Source: an uncultured delta proteobacterium
GTDB lineage: Bacteria > Myxococcota_A > Polyangia > Polyangiales > Polyangiaceae
DNA length: 64,000 bases
Assembly: GCA_963696385.1 (NCBI GenBank)
Contig: CAVOKF010000005.1
Span: 1,465,290-1,529,289 of the forward strand
Direction: 5' to 3'
The notes beneath the pieces are model-generated. The model was not told the DNA's origin. It worked only from the letters and a program-made list of their open reading frames with translations, and did not search any database. Each line of letters begins with the position of its first letter. The stretch's first letter is position 1. The position numbers and the translations under genes were made by a program. Below are positions 21,101-30,007 of this stretch, piece by piece.

Positions 21101-22032
21101 CGCGCCCCCTGACCCGATAGATCGGCGCTGGCAGTCACGTCGCGCGGGGCCGATCCATTCTGATCGGTGACCCGCAGCCGAACACGCCCGTCGTCGTCGA
21201 GAGCCCCGGAACAGACCTTCGCTGCGAGCAGGTGCGTTCCGGCCTCCGCGTGTACGCGCGCTGCGATTCGATCGAAGCGGAGCCCTTCATGGACCGCATC
21301 GTCTCGTCCGACGTTGGCGCCATCGAATACGAGGCGCGCCTGTCCGGTCGCAGCCAGCCTGAGAAACAGGCTCTGCTTGGACGCGACCGTCAGCTTCGTC
21401 GCGACCCAACTGCAGCTCTCCTTGCGCGGAAAGACGAAGAGGTCCAAAGCCACCCCTCGAGCCGGCGCGAACGCACGTGGCACCGAGCGCCAAGCCACCT
21501 CGTAGCTGCCCCATGAGTAGCGGGCTCGCATGTCGCCGAAGGCCGCATCCGGTGCTTCCGGGCCGTCGTGTGCGTCCAGACCCCCACCGGTGTCACGGAA
21601 GGGGCCGAGTATCGACAAAGCGTCGATGATGCCGATCCTCTCGTCTTGCTCGGCGCCCGACTCGGTTCCATCGTCGTTGGCAAGCATGCGACCCAGCAGT
21701 GCGGCCTCGCCGCGTACGTCATCCGGCTTGCCGCTTGAGTCTGCCGCGATGCGGGCAAGCGCCTTGGACGCGTATCCTTCGGTCGCTCGGCTGGCGAGCG
21801 CCGCGATGGTCGAGAGTGCGGCCAGCTCGTCGCGCACCGTGGCGGTGGGCCCAAGCGCTCGAGCCGTGGCATCGTCGACCATGGCGTCCGGCGTTTCGTC
21901 GGTCCAGCGTAGCGCCGTCGCCGACGGATCCGGCGATGCCAGGTCGTTCGGTGCCGTCCGGGCACTTGGGGTCCAAGCGAGTACGATGGTGAGGGCGAGC
22001 GCGGATGGGGCGTACGGCAAACGGCCGACCAA
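18151..22032 (-). CDS. Secreted DUF3857 + transglutaminase-like domain protein
   Basis: Signal peptide; WPDLGPGDVVE; IRYVNY; EGDCDDKALL (Cys), FDHGI (His), FLDATS (Asp) triad. Confidence 0.82.
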   Translation of the reverse strand: MVGRLPYAPSALALTIVLAWTPSARTAPNDLASPDPSATALRWTDETPDAMVDDATARALGPTATVRDELAALSTIAALASRATEGYASKALARIAADSSGKPDDVRGEAALLGRMLANDDGTESGAEQDERIGIIDALSILGPFRDTGGGLDAHDGPEAPDAAFGDMRARYSWGSYEVAWRSVPRAFAPARGVALDLFVFPRKESCSWVATKLTVASKQSLFLRLAATGQARLVFDGANVGRDDAVHEGLRFDRIAARVHAEAGTHLLAAKVCSGALDDDGRVRLRVTDQNGSAPRDVTASADLSGQGARPGRGPAPAFDLVATPLGRALKQPGAGRDASIGAALLRTLGGADDLRSPRAPGLLAAFTDGDVDADALAMAAWITPSGANRSAWLNRVRSSPSADARTRAFVERRLVERHLEAGLPDWAMATLLAAKIDSAHDAEAALLASRVDSALGTDALRVRAERRLAEFARAATDAPDALLDSLADLAIAYDPALASETRERLAERGENGAARVLSLQSRGRDALVGAARRAFAGGVDNADEALSVAQTVAHAGAHEEARALYGKLARWAPNHAGVWAGLAQEIGAAQGDGTRDEAISAALRRARELDPGEVRYRAELSLRTRTPPSGKPHDDEKYLVSPQAFLARRRGGQSGELVGAIGVATGHEPFATAAATAPRVGSDHALPRGREAAPPDVADRELHWMRAVVMHADRRVSELVQYAREIEISPRTEDELYEDVPAEGDLTEIVRARVYRRNGEIAFPIEEASDNAKPRIRWPDLGPGDVVEVAFRSWTAGPVGGRGDPPFYRLDYAGSQSTHPVLHNEVIVESPADRPIYVDVVNGSPDHREDTDEGSHHVVRLVWDRPVNVPDEPLAPPLSEIIPTAVLSTFKDWRAFRDWYGEAVRGFTDPDAQVRELAAKLTRGKSSRDEKLRALFDFVADDIRYVNYVSGEWWLPNRPQQLLARREGDCDDKALLLITLLRAVGIVAQEVLVQTRLTAEPSLLRAGGAAVPLFDHGIAYLPGPEGGMFLDATSPQSRLGPLPSMDARASALRMDGPAEVVLLPSSSPSDHGVDSTWTIALRPDGSADLDGEERASGDDAFWLRTYLTEQGARAPWVEEHLVGPWFPTVEIDKKVDFHGELPHGKAVVQWRATSSGLARHEGNELVVALSPSQTIASQLAPLVKRTLPVWLPPSVAPRSEARTIRVVAPKNWTFAALPAGGDENGGPFGRAHLDVTRDPRQPNAILIHRTVVFDQSAIAVEQYPSWRQWIQRVDALMHRSVRLVAATGGAR

Positions 22033-22161
22033 GGTGTGGGGACTCTAGCCAGGAGTACCCGCTGACGCGAACGCTGACGGGCTTCGATGTGGGCTCCTCT
22101 GCGCCTCGAGGCTATTTGGAGCTCGACGGGGCACGGCCGTTGTCACGCGACGCACGCGGCG

Positions 22162-23970
22162 TTACCCGAGGATCGGGAGCCGAACCGTACCCGTTGGCTT
22201 CGGGAGCGCGAGCTTTTGATTCTTTGCGTAGACGGAGTGCCGGCCTTTCGTGCGGTACCACTCGGCTACCGTCGCCGTCGAATGCATTTTTTCGACGATC
22301 TGCCGCCAGCCGACACCTGTATTGTAGGCGCAGAAACTGATCTCGCCTTCCTGAGTGCCATACGGAATGATGCACATCTCCGTACGCCGAAAGTCGTAAT
22401 TGAACAAATCCTGAAACCACATCCCCGCGACAAAGAGAACGCGCCACTCGAACTCGCCGGCGTCGCCTGGGTGATCGCCGACCTTGGCTCCACGAGCCCC
22501 GGTTTGGCTCAGGAACTGACGAAGCAACGTATAGAGCCCGAACCCCTGCGGAGCACGGCGTGCGTCGAAGCGACGGCACAGCGCGACGGCGAGCTGCGCC
22601 AGCGTAATGGCTTTGGGCTGCGCGGAGTCGGTGATCTCCTGAATGTCCTCGAGCAGGCCCTCAAGGTCGAGCACTTGCGCGAGCGGCACCATCTCGCGCG
22701 TCCGCTTGTGGACCAATAGAGCCGTTCCGATGCCACAATTCGGGTGGCAGCCACACTTGAGGGCACCCCAATCCGCCCGGTCGGCCAACAGGAGGTCGGT
22801 CAGATCTCCGAAGGCGCCCAGCGCCGAAAGCGGAAACCAGTCACGCATGGGCTCGGTCGAACCGAGCTGGTCGTGAACATCGTGCGCAAGATGAGAGAGC
22901 GTGTACCGCTGCGCTCGCCGTCGCTCGTCCGAGATGTCTTCGTCGCGGCCGGTGAAACTGACGGGCTGGAACGACACGACGGTGACCTTGTCGGCATTCT
23001 CGATGGCGAACCGAAGCACCTGGCCCACTTGGTCGTCGTTCACGCCTCGCACGACCGTGACGACGAGGACGACGTCGATGCCGGCCGCGTGCAAGTTTTC
23101 AATGGCCCGTAGCTTCACGTCGAACAAATTGCCGACTTTGCGGTGCGCGTTCGCTTCCTCGCCTAGCCCGTCGAACTGCAAATACGCGATTCGCAGACCC
23201 GCCTCTTTTGCCTGCCGCGCGAACATGGAATCTTGGGCGAACCGGATGCCGTTCGTCGCGCATTGGACGCAGAAGTAGCCGACATCGGCGGCGTACTTCA
23301 GAGCGCGAAGAAAATGGGGAGACAAGGTCGGTTCGCCGCCCGAAAACTGCACGCTCATCTGACGGTGCGGCTTGACGGTAAGCGAGTCGTCGAGAATGCG
23401 CTGGACCTCGCTCCATTCGAGTTCGTGCACGAACCCGACTTGATTGGCATCCATGAAACATGGATCGCACATCATGTTGCAGCGGTTGGTCAGATCCACG
23501 GTCAACACGGAGCCCCGGCCGTACTTGATGCTCGACGTCCCGTGGTTCCGGAGCTTCGTCGGAGGAGACGCAAAGTCGCGTCCGGGGAACAGGCGTTCGA
23601 TTCGAGCGCTGAACGCCGCGTCGATCGAAATGACGTCGTCGATTTCGCCGTGAGAAGGGCAAGTTTTCGTCATCACGATATGGCCCTCCCGCTCTTCGAT
23701 ACGAGCCCGGACCTCGCCGGGTCTGCCCTCGATCAACGTGCGCACCTCGGCACGTCCTTCGAGGATCGCCGCGCGCGCCTCCTTGACGCAACGTGGGCAA
23801 AGCGAGTCGGTTTCCCTCGGCCATCCGAGCTCAGGAAACGTGCGCTCGCGGCGCTTCAGCAGCGGAGCAGGGGCCCACTTGGGTTGAGGGGAACGCCGCT
23901 CAAACCTCTTGTTGTAAGCGCGCAACAACCGCCAGAGAGCATTCGCAGCCGACCGGAGACTTTGACTCAT
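22162..23970 (-). CDS. Radical SAM protein, tetraether lipid synthase (Tes/GDGT-MAS, MJ0619-like) homolog
   Basis: N-terminal SLCPRC..KTCPSHG metal site; DLTNRCNMMCDPCF (CxxxCxxC); QFSGGEPT; YLQFDG; FQPVSFTGR; CHPNCG; C-terminal MCIIPY..ISFCAYN auxiliary-cluster cysteines. Confidence 0.8.
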   Translation of the reverse strand: MSQSLRSAANALWRLLRAYNKRFERRSPQPKWAPAPLLKRRERTFPELGWPRETDSLCPRCVKEARAAILEGRAEVRTLIEGRPGEVRARIEEREGHIVMTKTCPSHGEIDDVISIDAAFSARIERLFPGRDFASPPTKLRNHGTSSIKYGRGSVLTVDLTNRCNMMCDPCFMDANQVGFVHELEWSEVQRILDDSLTVKPHRQMSVQFSGGEPTLSPHFLRALKYAADVGYFCVQCATNGIRFAQDSMFARQAKEAGLRIAYLQFDGLGEEANAHRKVGNLFDVKLRAIENLHAAGIDVVLVVTVVRGVNDDQVGQVLRFAIENADKVTVVSFQPVSFTGRDEDISDERRRAQRYTLSHLAHDVHDQLGSTEPMRDWFPLSALGAFGDLTDLLLADRADWGALKCGCHPNCGIGTALLVHKRTREMVPLAQVLDLEGLLEDIQEITDSAQPKAITLAQLAVALCRRFDARRAPQGFGLYTLLRQFLSQTGARGAKVGDHPGDAGEFEWRVLFVAGMWFQDLFNYDFRRTEMCIIPYGTQEGEISFCAYNTGVGWRQIVEKMHSTATVAEWYRTKGRHSVYAKNQKLALPKPTGTVRLPILG

Positions 23971-24204
23971 ACGGAGCGGAGTCTAACGTCACAAGCGCTA
24001 AGACGAGGGAGCAAATCGAACCGCGGGACCGCGAAACCGGCACCGGCGGTCGTCGCCTCGCCCCAAGGGTCGAGACACCGCCCCGCCTGGGCTTCGCGCC
24101 CTACGTTCGCGCACGACCCGAGGCGCGCTCCGCGAGACGTCTCGACGACCGAGTTCGGACCGCGTGCAGGTCGGAGAGGCATTGGATCGCGATGCGTGGC
24201 CAGA

Positions 24205-24250
24205 GGCTCATCGATTCGTCCGGGATGCGCGGCTCATCGATTCGTCCGGG
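24205..24250. repeat. Perfect 20-bp tandem direct repeat GGCTCATCGATTCGTCCGGG
   Basis: Copies at 24205-24224 and 24231-24250. Confidence 0.9.
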
Positions 24251-25105
24251 CATGGCCACACGCGACCGTTGGCGAGCGCGTGGCCTCTTGCCGCGGCCCA
24301 TGAACAGGGCAAGGCCGATCCTTCGGTGACGAACGCGACACGAGACGGTGACATGGCATCGGACGCCACCGAATGTCCATGACACGACGACCGCTGACTG
24401 AGCGAGCGATGCTAAGCATGCTCGGACTCATCGCAATGAAGAAAGCGCCTTTGCCACCGAAGCTGATGTGTCCACTTGCCATGGCACTGCTCTCCATGGC
24501 CATTGCGCGACGCGCAGAGGGTCAGAATCTTTTCCTGTGCTGTGACGTGGCGATTCGTCCGGATGGCTCGTGCATTTCTCAGAGTACGCCCTGTGCGGAA
24601 TCGACGCAGTACGGTATCGGACTTTCCAATGTGTCGGCCAGTGCCGCTCAAGCGTACCCTCTTGAACCCGGCTACGCCGGCGCGGTCTTCCGGCCTGGCG
24701 TGGACGGCTAGGAGCCAGATCACGCCGTGGGTCGGATTTTGCCTTGACGCCCCATCGACGAAAGACCCCACGCACTCCGTCGCCTTCGGCCGCGTACTCG
24801 ATCGACGCAGCCACGGTGAAGGCGATGAGCCACGCGCTGCTCGATGCCTACGACCGCGCCGATGAGGACATTGTCGCGGCGGCGCTCGGACCGGCCTTCG
24901 TTCTGTTCGATGAGCGTCGACAGCACGTCGACTTCGCCTGCGAACCCCCGTTCGAACGTGGCACTCTGGGCGACCGCCGGATGCAGGACCTTCATGGCGG
25001 CGCGCATGTGGTGACCCTTGCGCACCTCGAGGACGATCCCCCGCGCGCGCGCTTGAATCGATCGGCACCGAGCTACTACGACGACAGCCGCATCAAGGAG
25101 CCACC

Positions 25106-25366
25106 ATGACCACCCATTCGAAGAAAAACGCGCTCACCCGAGAGGCCCTCCTCGCCCTGCTCACCGACGCCGAGGTGGCGAAGGTCAGTGTGGCCGAGGA
25201 TGCACCGCGTCTCATTGAGGGCGACGAGTACGTCGACCTGGCGGACCCCGCCGCGGGTGTGCAGCAGATGCAGGCGACGCCGCGAACTCCGCCGGGCGAC
25301 GCCCTTCCGCGGAGCGCCGTATCGGACGCGACCTGGGCGAAGATCGTTCGAGTCGTGGCGAGCTGA
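25106..25366 (+). CDS. Conserved small hypothetical protein (paralog of 57452-57712)
   Basis: AAGGAG RBS; protein almost identical to 57452-57712. Confidence 0.75.
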   Translation: MTTHSKKNALTREALLALLTDAEVAKVSVAEDAPRLIEGDEYVDLADPAAGVQQMQATPRTPPGDALPRSAVSDATWAKIVRVVAS

Positions 25367-25539
25367 AGGTCAGCGCCCTCCCGACCGCGTCATCTGCACG
25401 GAGCTCGTGACGTCACGGCGACGCGCCGCGTGCACCGTTCACAGCGGCATCCTTCGATGCGTCCGAAGGTCTGCGCTTGAGTGCTCCGGCGTGTCCGGAC
25501 GGACGGCGAACGAGCCCCGCGGAAACGCGCTCCGCGGGG

Positions 25540-25905
25540 CGTGGCTAGGAGGTGGACGATGTCGGCGCGCGGATGGCGCTCAGGGTCGACAACGCGGGCG
25601 TGTGTGGGAATGCGACGCGCTTGCGCACGCGACGGATGCATCACGACCCGGTGCATCACGAACAGACGGCGCGGTCGTGCTGTCCGACGCGACGTTCACG
25701 GGGCTTTGCACGTTCGCGTGGGCGGGCTCGACCCGCCGGCGTCTGCCGCGTGAGGCCTTGGCGGCGACGCTCTTGAAGTGACTGAGATGGTTGCGCAGCG
25801 TCGACGGAGTCACGTGCAGTCCCTTCTCCGCGAGCATCGCCGCGATGTCGCTCCACTCGTACCCTTCGATCGCATCGCGTGGAGTTCGGACGCCATCATC
25901 TCAAT
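25540..25905 (-). pseudogene. 5'-truncated copy of the MobC-like gene (57903-58367)
   Basis: MLAEKGLHVTPSTLRNHLSHFKS identical to 57903-58367 product; N-terminal part missing, 3' part diverged; boundaries approximate. Confidence 0.7.
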
Positions 25906-25959
25906 CGCTCGAATGCGGCTCCGGTGGCTCCGCAAGCTGTAATCGTCTGAAATCGGCGC

Positions 25960-27453
25960 ATGTTTTGGAAGCGGCTAGTTATAGGTTCAATGGTTCGGAA
26001 CCCAGCGCGGGCGGTGCGCTCCGCAGTCTCCGGCCGGTCACCGGTTGGGGAAGAATGCGCGCGTCGGAGGCGTGGCTGGCGCTCGGGAGCTCGGTCGGCG
26101 TGCGCGATCGCGGTCGCCTTCATCCCGCTTCTTGCGTCGCTTGGCGCGTGCGACGTAACGCTTTCCGCCACGGCCTCGATCGGTCAGCCGTGCCAGATCG
26201 ACGAAGATTGTCCGCCGGGCCAGCGCTGCCTTGGCACTCCGAAAGGTACGCTGTGCGAGCTCGCAGACGCGGATGCTACCGTCGCGAACGACGGCGCACC
26301 GCAACCAGGAAGCGGATTCGCTGAGGGGGAGCCCCCGCTTGAAGTCGATGCGAGCGACGCAGACGTAACCGACCTCGGCGCTCAGGACGATGGCGAAGCC
26401 GATGCGAGTGGGGATGCGGCGAGTGACGCAGACGCAAGCGACGTCGAGGCTCAGGGCGAAGCCGATGCGAGTGGGGATGCGGCGAGTGACGCAGACGCAA
26501 GCGACATCGGCGCTCAGCACGATGGCGAAGCCGAGGCGAGTTGTATGACCCCGTTCCCCCCTTCCACCCTCGTCCTCTTCGGGGGACAGGGCAATCAATT
26601 CTTCGGCGACACGTGGTCGTGGAACGGCGCGTCTTGGTCCCAAGTCGACGCGGGTGATGCGGTGAATCCGCCTCCGCGCCAAGCGGCGGCCATGGCGACG
26701 GCGTGCGGCTACGCGGTTCTCGTGGGTGGAACGGGGCCTTTGCCGAACGACGGCGGCTCCCCCATCAAAGGTGACGCATGGCTGTGGAACGGCAGCCTAT
26801 GGCAGCCGGCGGCGCCTCCTCCCACGGCTCGTTCCGCGGGCGCCGCCGCGACGCTCGGGTTCACGTTGTACCTCTTCGGCGGCGAGGGCCCAGGCGGGAT
26901 CGACCCCACGGAGTCGGGACTCCTCACCTGGGACGGGATAGCCTGGTCGACCCCGCCCCAATCGAGCCCGTTGGGGCCGGCCCCGCGCGTATTCCCTGTC
27001 GTCGTTAGCGTCGAAGGCGGCCTGCTCGTTTTCGGCGGACAGGATGCTTATGGCGACGCCTTTCCCGACACTTGGCTGCTGAACGCCACGTCGTGGCAGG
27101 AGCTCGACGACGGGGGCGCCGACTCTGGCCCGGCCTTGGGAGCGGCGGGCGCCACGAGCGTCGGAGGATCATCCGTCGTGATGTTCGGCGGGCTGGACGA
27201 GAACTACGATACGCTGGGGGACACCTGGCTCTGGAATGGGGGGGCTTGGTCGAAGGTCCCGGCAGACGGCGGCCCTCCACCGCGCGCCTATCCCGCGATG
27301 GGAACCCTCAACGGCCAGGTCGTCATGTTCGGCGGGCAGGACGAGAACTCCCATCCGCTGGGGGACACCTGGCTCTGGGACGGTGGAAGCTGGGTGCGCG
27401 GACCGGATGCGGGGCCGCTTCCCCGCACAGCCGCAGCGATGACGGCTTACTGA
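25960..27453 (+). CDS. Kelch-repeat lipoprotein with acidic low-complexity linker
   Basis: LASLGAC lipobox; Cys-rich motif CQIDEDCPPGQRC; repeated (V/L)(L/M)FGG..GDTWxWxG blades; start uncertain. Confidence 0.8.
   Translation: MFWKRLVIGSMVRNPARAVRSAVSGRSPVGEECARRRRGWRSGARSACAIAVAFIPLLASLGACDVTLSATASIGQPCQIDEDCPPGQRCLGTPKGTLCELADADATVANDGAPQPGSGFAEGEPPLEVDASDADVTDLGAQDDGEADASGDAASDADASDVEAQGEADASGDAASDADASDIGAQHDGEAEASCMTPFPPSTLVLFGGQGNQFFGDTWSWNGASWSQVDAGDAVNPPPRQAAAMATACGYAVLVGGTGPLPNDGGSPIKGDAWLWNGSLWQPAAPPPTARSAGAAATLGFTLYLFGGEGPGGIDPTESGLLTWDGIAWSTPPQSSPLGPAPRVFPVVVSVEGGLLVFGGQDAYGDAFPDTWLLNATSWQELDDGGADSGPALGAAGATSVGGSSVVMFGGLDENYDTLGDTWLWNGGAWSKVPADGGPPPRAYPAMGTLNGQVVMFGGQDENSHPLGDTWLWDGGSWVRGPDAGPLPRTAAAMTAY
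26392..26505. repeat. Intragenic 51-bp perfect repeat, 63-bp period (GEADASGDAASDADASD)
   Basis: Copies at 26392-26442 and 26455-26505. Confidence 0.9.
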
Positions 27454-27498
27454 CGTTCGAATCGACTAACACATACCGCAAAAAAAAAGGAAACGACA

Positions 27499-27888
27499 AT
27501 GCAAAATTACTCCGGTTCCGTAGCTGTTGGCACGAGATTGTATGTCGGCGACACTGTGACCTCACTAGACGGCCACTATGTCATGGAGATCGTGCCGACG
27601 GGTATCGTCCTTAACCTTAACGGACAAATCATCCAGTGGCTCCTATCTGGCTTCGTCACTCTAACGAGCGCAAGGCTCACGGCCGAGGCCTTGGTCATCT
27701 ACGCTTCGGGCGGCCCCTACGCCATTTCTTTCAACGGATTTATGGCGGTCCAGCTCTGCGTCGAGGACACCGGGCAGGTCGATGTTTTCGACGTGAGCGG
27801 CAACGCTTACTGTCCGTTCAACAGCGACCAAGCGCTGCAGCAGAGCGGCTTTCCAGGCCCGAACGACTCGGGCGAAAAGGTCGCGTGA
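27499..27888 (+). CDS. Small protein resembling a degenerate bulb-type (B-) lectin domain
   Basis: A-rich RBS; LYVGDTVTSLDGHYVM.. and LCVEDTGQVDVFD resemble B-lectin strands; lower GC than flanks. Confidence 0.5.
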   Translation: MQNYSGSVAVGTRLYVGDTVTSLDGHYVMEIVPTGIVLNLNGQIIQWLLSGFVTLTSARLTAEALVIYASGGPYAISFNGFMAVQLCVEDTGQVDVFDVSGNAYCPFNSDQALQQSGFPGPNDSGEKVA

Positions 27889-27921
27889 CAAGGCCAGGGC
27901 AGGACCCGTCCGCGCAGGGTC

Positions 27922-29037
27922 TCACCAGTCGTGGTCCAGCCCTACGGCGGCTCCGCCTCCGAGCACCGGTCCAGCTGTCGGGATCCAGGCAGTCACGGCC
28001 TTGCGACTCGGGCGGAAAAAGACGGCGGTCACCGCGCCGGCAATTAGCGCCGCGCCGGCTACCGTAAACATCGTGTTCGCGACCCACCCGTCGGTCTTTG
28101 CCCTTGCAATCTCGGCGAGACCGGCAGCGTTGTATCCCGCGCGGGCGGAGTTCCGACTCGCGGCATTTCTATTGGACTGATACGCAAGGCCGAACCCTCC
28201 CCCAACGGATGCCGCGCCGATGGCGGTTGCGCCAGCTGCCCATAAGGCGACCGTCCACGAGGAGCCCTCGCTGCTATTCAACGGAGCTTTTCCGGTCGCG
28301 GTGGACGTCGTCGCGACGCTGAAGAGCGGCGGCGAAGAGGAGCCCCTGCTGCTATTCAAGGGAGCTCCTCCGGTCGCGGTCGGTTCGAGCTCCGGAACGA
28401 GCAGGTTCGGCTCCACTCCGGCGGCCACCACGAATTCGTGGCTCCAGGTCTGGTATCCGTCGGCTACCGCCATGAGCTCGTGCGTCCCCGGGTCGAGGGG
28501 AACTGGTAGCCCCCACACAGTTCGCGGCAGCGGCGTGCGATCGATCGCTACCATGACAAGGTCGCGTGCTGCTTGCGGCGCTACAGTGACGGTCGCGTGG
28601 ACGAGATCTCTCTGCAGTGCGTTGGCCCGGGCGATGGCGGCCTCCTGCCGTGCGTGCTGACCCTTCGCCGCGGCGGCGGCGGCCGCTTCGATCCACATGG
28701 ACCACGCGGTCGCGGTGCGTCCCATGCGCTCGTAGCAGTAAGCCAAATTCAATACAGTGCCGACCTGTGGATTGAGGATCTCGCTTTCGCTGAGCTCGGC
28801 CGAGGCGGTTAGGAAGTCACCGTCGGTCATGTGCTGCTTAGCCGATGTGAAGAGAGCGGCTGACCGCTCACGATCGGAAGGGGTAACGGCCCACGCCGCG
28901 TGCGCTTGCGCAACCGATCCGATGGCGACCAGGTACATCGCGAGCTTTGTCACCGGGATGATCCGCTCCTTTCTCGGCGGAGCATATCCGAACGTGGTGA
29001 CGGGCGGCGCGGCGTCCTCGACGCGAATGGATCTCAT
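27922..29037 (-). CDS. TPR/PEGA-like myxobacterial protein with C-terminal TM segments
   Basis: GTVLNLAYCYERMGRTATAW; PVPLDPGTHEL; internal 78-bp-period repeat at 28261-28302/28339-28380. Confidence 0.75.
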   Translation of the reverse strand: MRSIRVEDAAPPVTTFGYAPPRKERIIPVTKLAMYLVAIGSVAQAHAAWAVTPSDRERSAALFTSAKQHMTDGDFLTASAELSESEILNPQVGTVLNLAYCYERMGRTATAWSMWIEAAAAAAAKGQHARQEAAIARANALQRDLVHATVTVAPQAARDLVMVAIDRTPLPRTVWGLPVPLDPGTHELMAVADGYQTWSHEFVVAAGVEPNLLVPELEPTATGGAPLNSSRGSSSPPLFSVATTSTATGKAPLNSSEGSSWTVALWAAGATAIGAASVGGGFGLAYQSNRNAASRNSARAGYNAAGLAEIARAKTDGWVANTMFTVAGAALIAGAVTAVFFRPSRKAVTAWIPTAGPVLGGGAAVGLDHDW

Positions 29038-29046
29038 AGGCTGAAA

Positions 29047-29970
29047 TCAACGCCGCGAGACTGTCACGCGGCCATTGCCGATCCGCAGCTGACCAGGCCT
29101 GCGCTCGACGATGTTTGGGCCATCGACGACGCCGCTGTCGATGAACTGCTGGCGAATCCGAAACACCTCCACGTTGACCTGACTGCGCGTGACGCTCGAG
29201 TTTCGGCAAAGGGTTTCGAGATCGACCCAGCCGGCGGCGGTCTCCGGGACCGCGTTGCGGTCATCGGCAAGGCGCCTCCGCGCCAGGGTGAGGAGTAGAT
29301 AGTGGTGGGCGCGCTCGCCCAGATCGAAGACACAACGGTCGCCGCGGGCGCGAATTTCGACGTGCTCCTCGTCGAGCGACACGCTGAACTCGAGAGTAAG
29401 GTTCCGAAGCGAAACCTTGTTCGGAACTGAGTCGGCACGGGTCGTGGCCCGAACGCTCGTGGGACAGGAGAATCGCCACGCGCGGCCACCGCAGCGAAAC
29501 ACACGAAGGTTGCTCAACGGGAGGGGGAGCGCGTCCCCCTCCTCGAGCATCCACGAATTCCCGGGGCCGCGGTAGATCATCGCCTTGGGGTCCTCGGCTG
29601 ACGGAAGAGCCAAGAGGTCGCCCTCGATAAGCACGGGCGGGTCGCTCTCGTCGATGGGGACAACCATGACGGCCGGCGGGGAGTCCTCGAACAACTCCCA
29701 CGCCGAGCCTTGGCTACCGAAGGCGATCCGCGCCCCCTTTCCCAGTCGCTGCTCGAGGCCTGCGGGGATGCGGCGGTCGTTCAGCCAGGTGCCGTTCAAG
29801 CTCGCCAGGTCGCGAAGCAACCACGCTTCCCCGTCGTACCGTAGGAGCGCGTGTTGGGCGGACACGTAATCGCTCTCGAGATGCAGTGAACAGGTCTGCG
29901 CCCGACCGATGCTGTGCTCGGGTTCGAGGGGGACCGTTCGCTCCGTCGTAATCTCCCGTAAGAAGGCCAT
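29047..29970 (-). CDS. FHA-domain protein with C-terminal HTH-like region
   Basis: IGRAQTC..VSAQHA..RDLASLNGTWLN FHA signature; true start MAFLRE at 29970. Confidence 0.85.
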   Translation of the reverse strand: MAFLREITTERTVPLEPEHSIGRAQTCSLHLESDYVSAQHALLRYDGEAWLLRDLASLNGTWLNDRRIPAGLEQRLGKGARIAFGSQGSAWELFEDSPPAVMVVPIDESDPPVLIEGDLLALPSAEDPKAMIYRGPGNSWMLEEGDALPLPLSNLRVFRCGGRAWRFSCPTSVRATTRADSVPNKVSLRNLTLEFSVSLDEEHVEIRARGDRCVFDLGERAHHYLLLTLARRRLADDRNAVPETAAGWVDLETLCRNSSVTRSQVNVEVFRIRQQFIDSGVVDGPNIVERRPGQLRIGNGRVTVSRR

Positions 29971-30007
29971 TCGCAAATCCCGGTCAATAGGTTGGTCGTG
30001 CGCTCGG

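Larger units (their letters stand above)
24918..25905. repeat. Deleted, diverged paralogous remnant of the 55046-58262 region
   Basis: 24918-25041 matches kinase segment 55046-55169; 25041-~25905 matches ~57390-58262. Confidence 0.9.

Noticed and set aside
22162..23970. MoaA or RiPP maturase assignment for the radical SAM gene
   Set aside because: No precursor peptide or SPASM/twitch pattern; N-terminal metal site and C-terminal motifs fit the MJ0619/Tes family better
24373..24917. Short ORFs 24373-24711 and 24744-25109 as functional genes
   Set aside because: Appear to be chimeric fragments; the latter runs into the antisense kinase remnant; no recognisable complete domain
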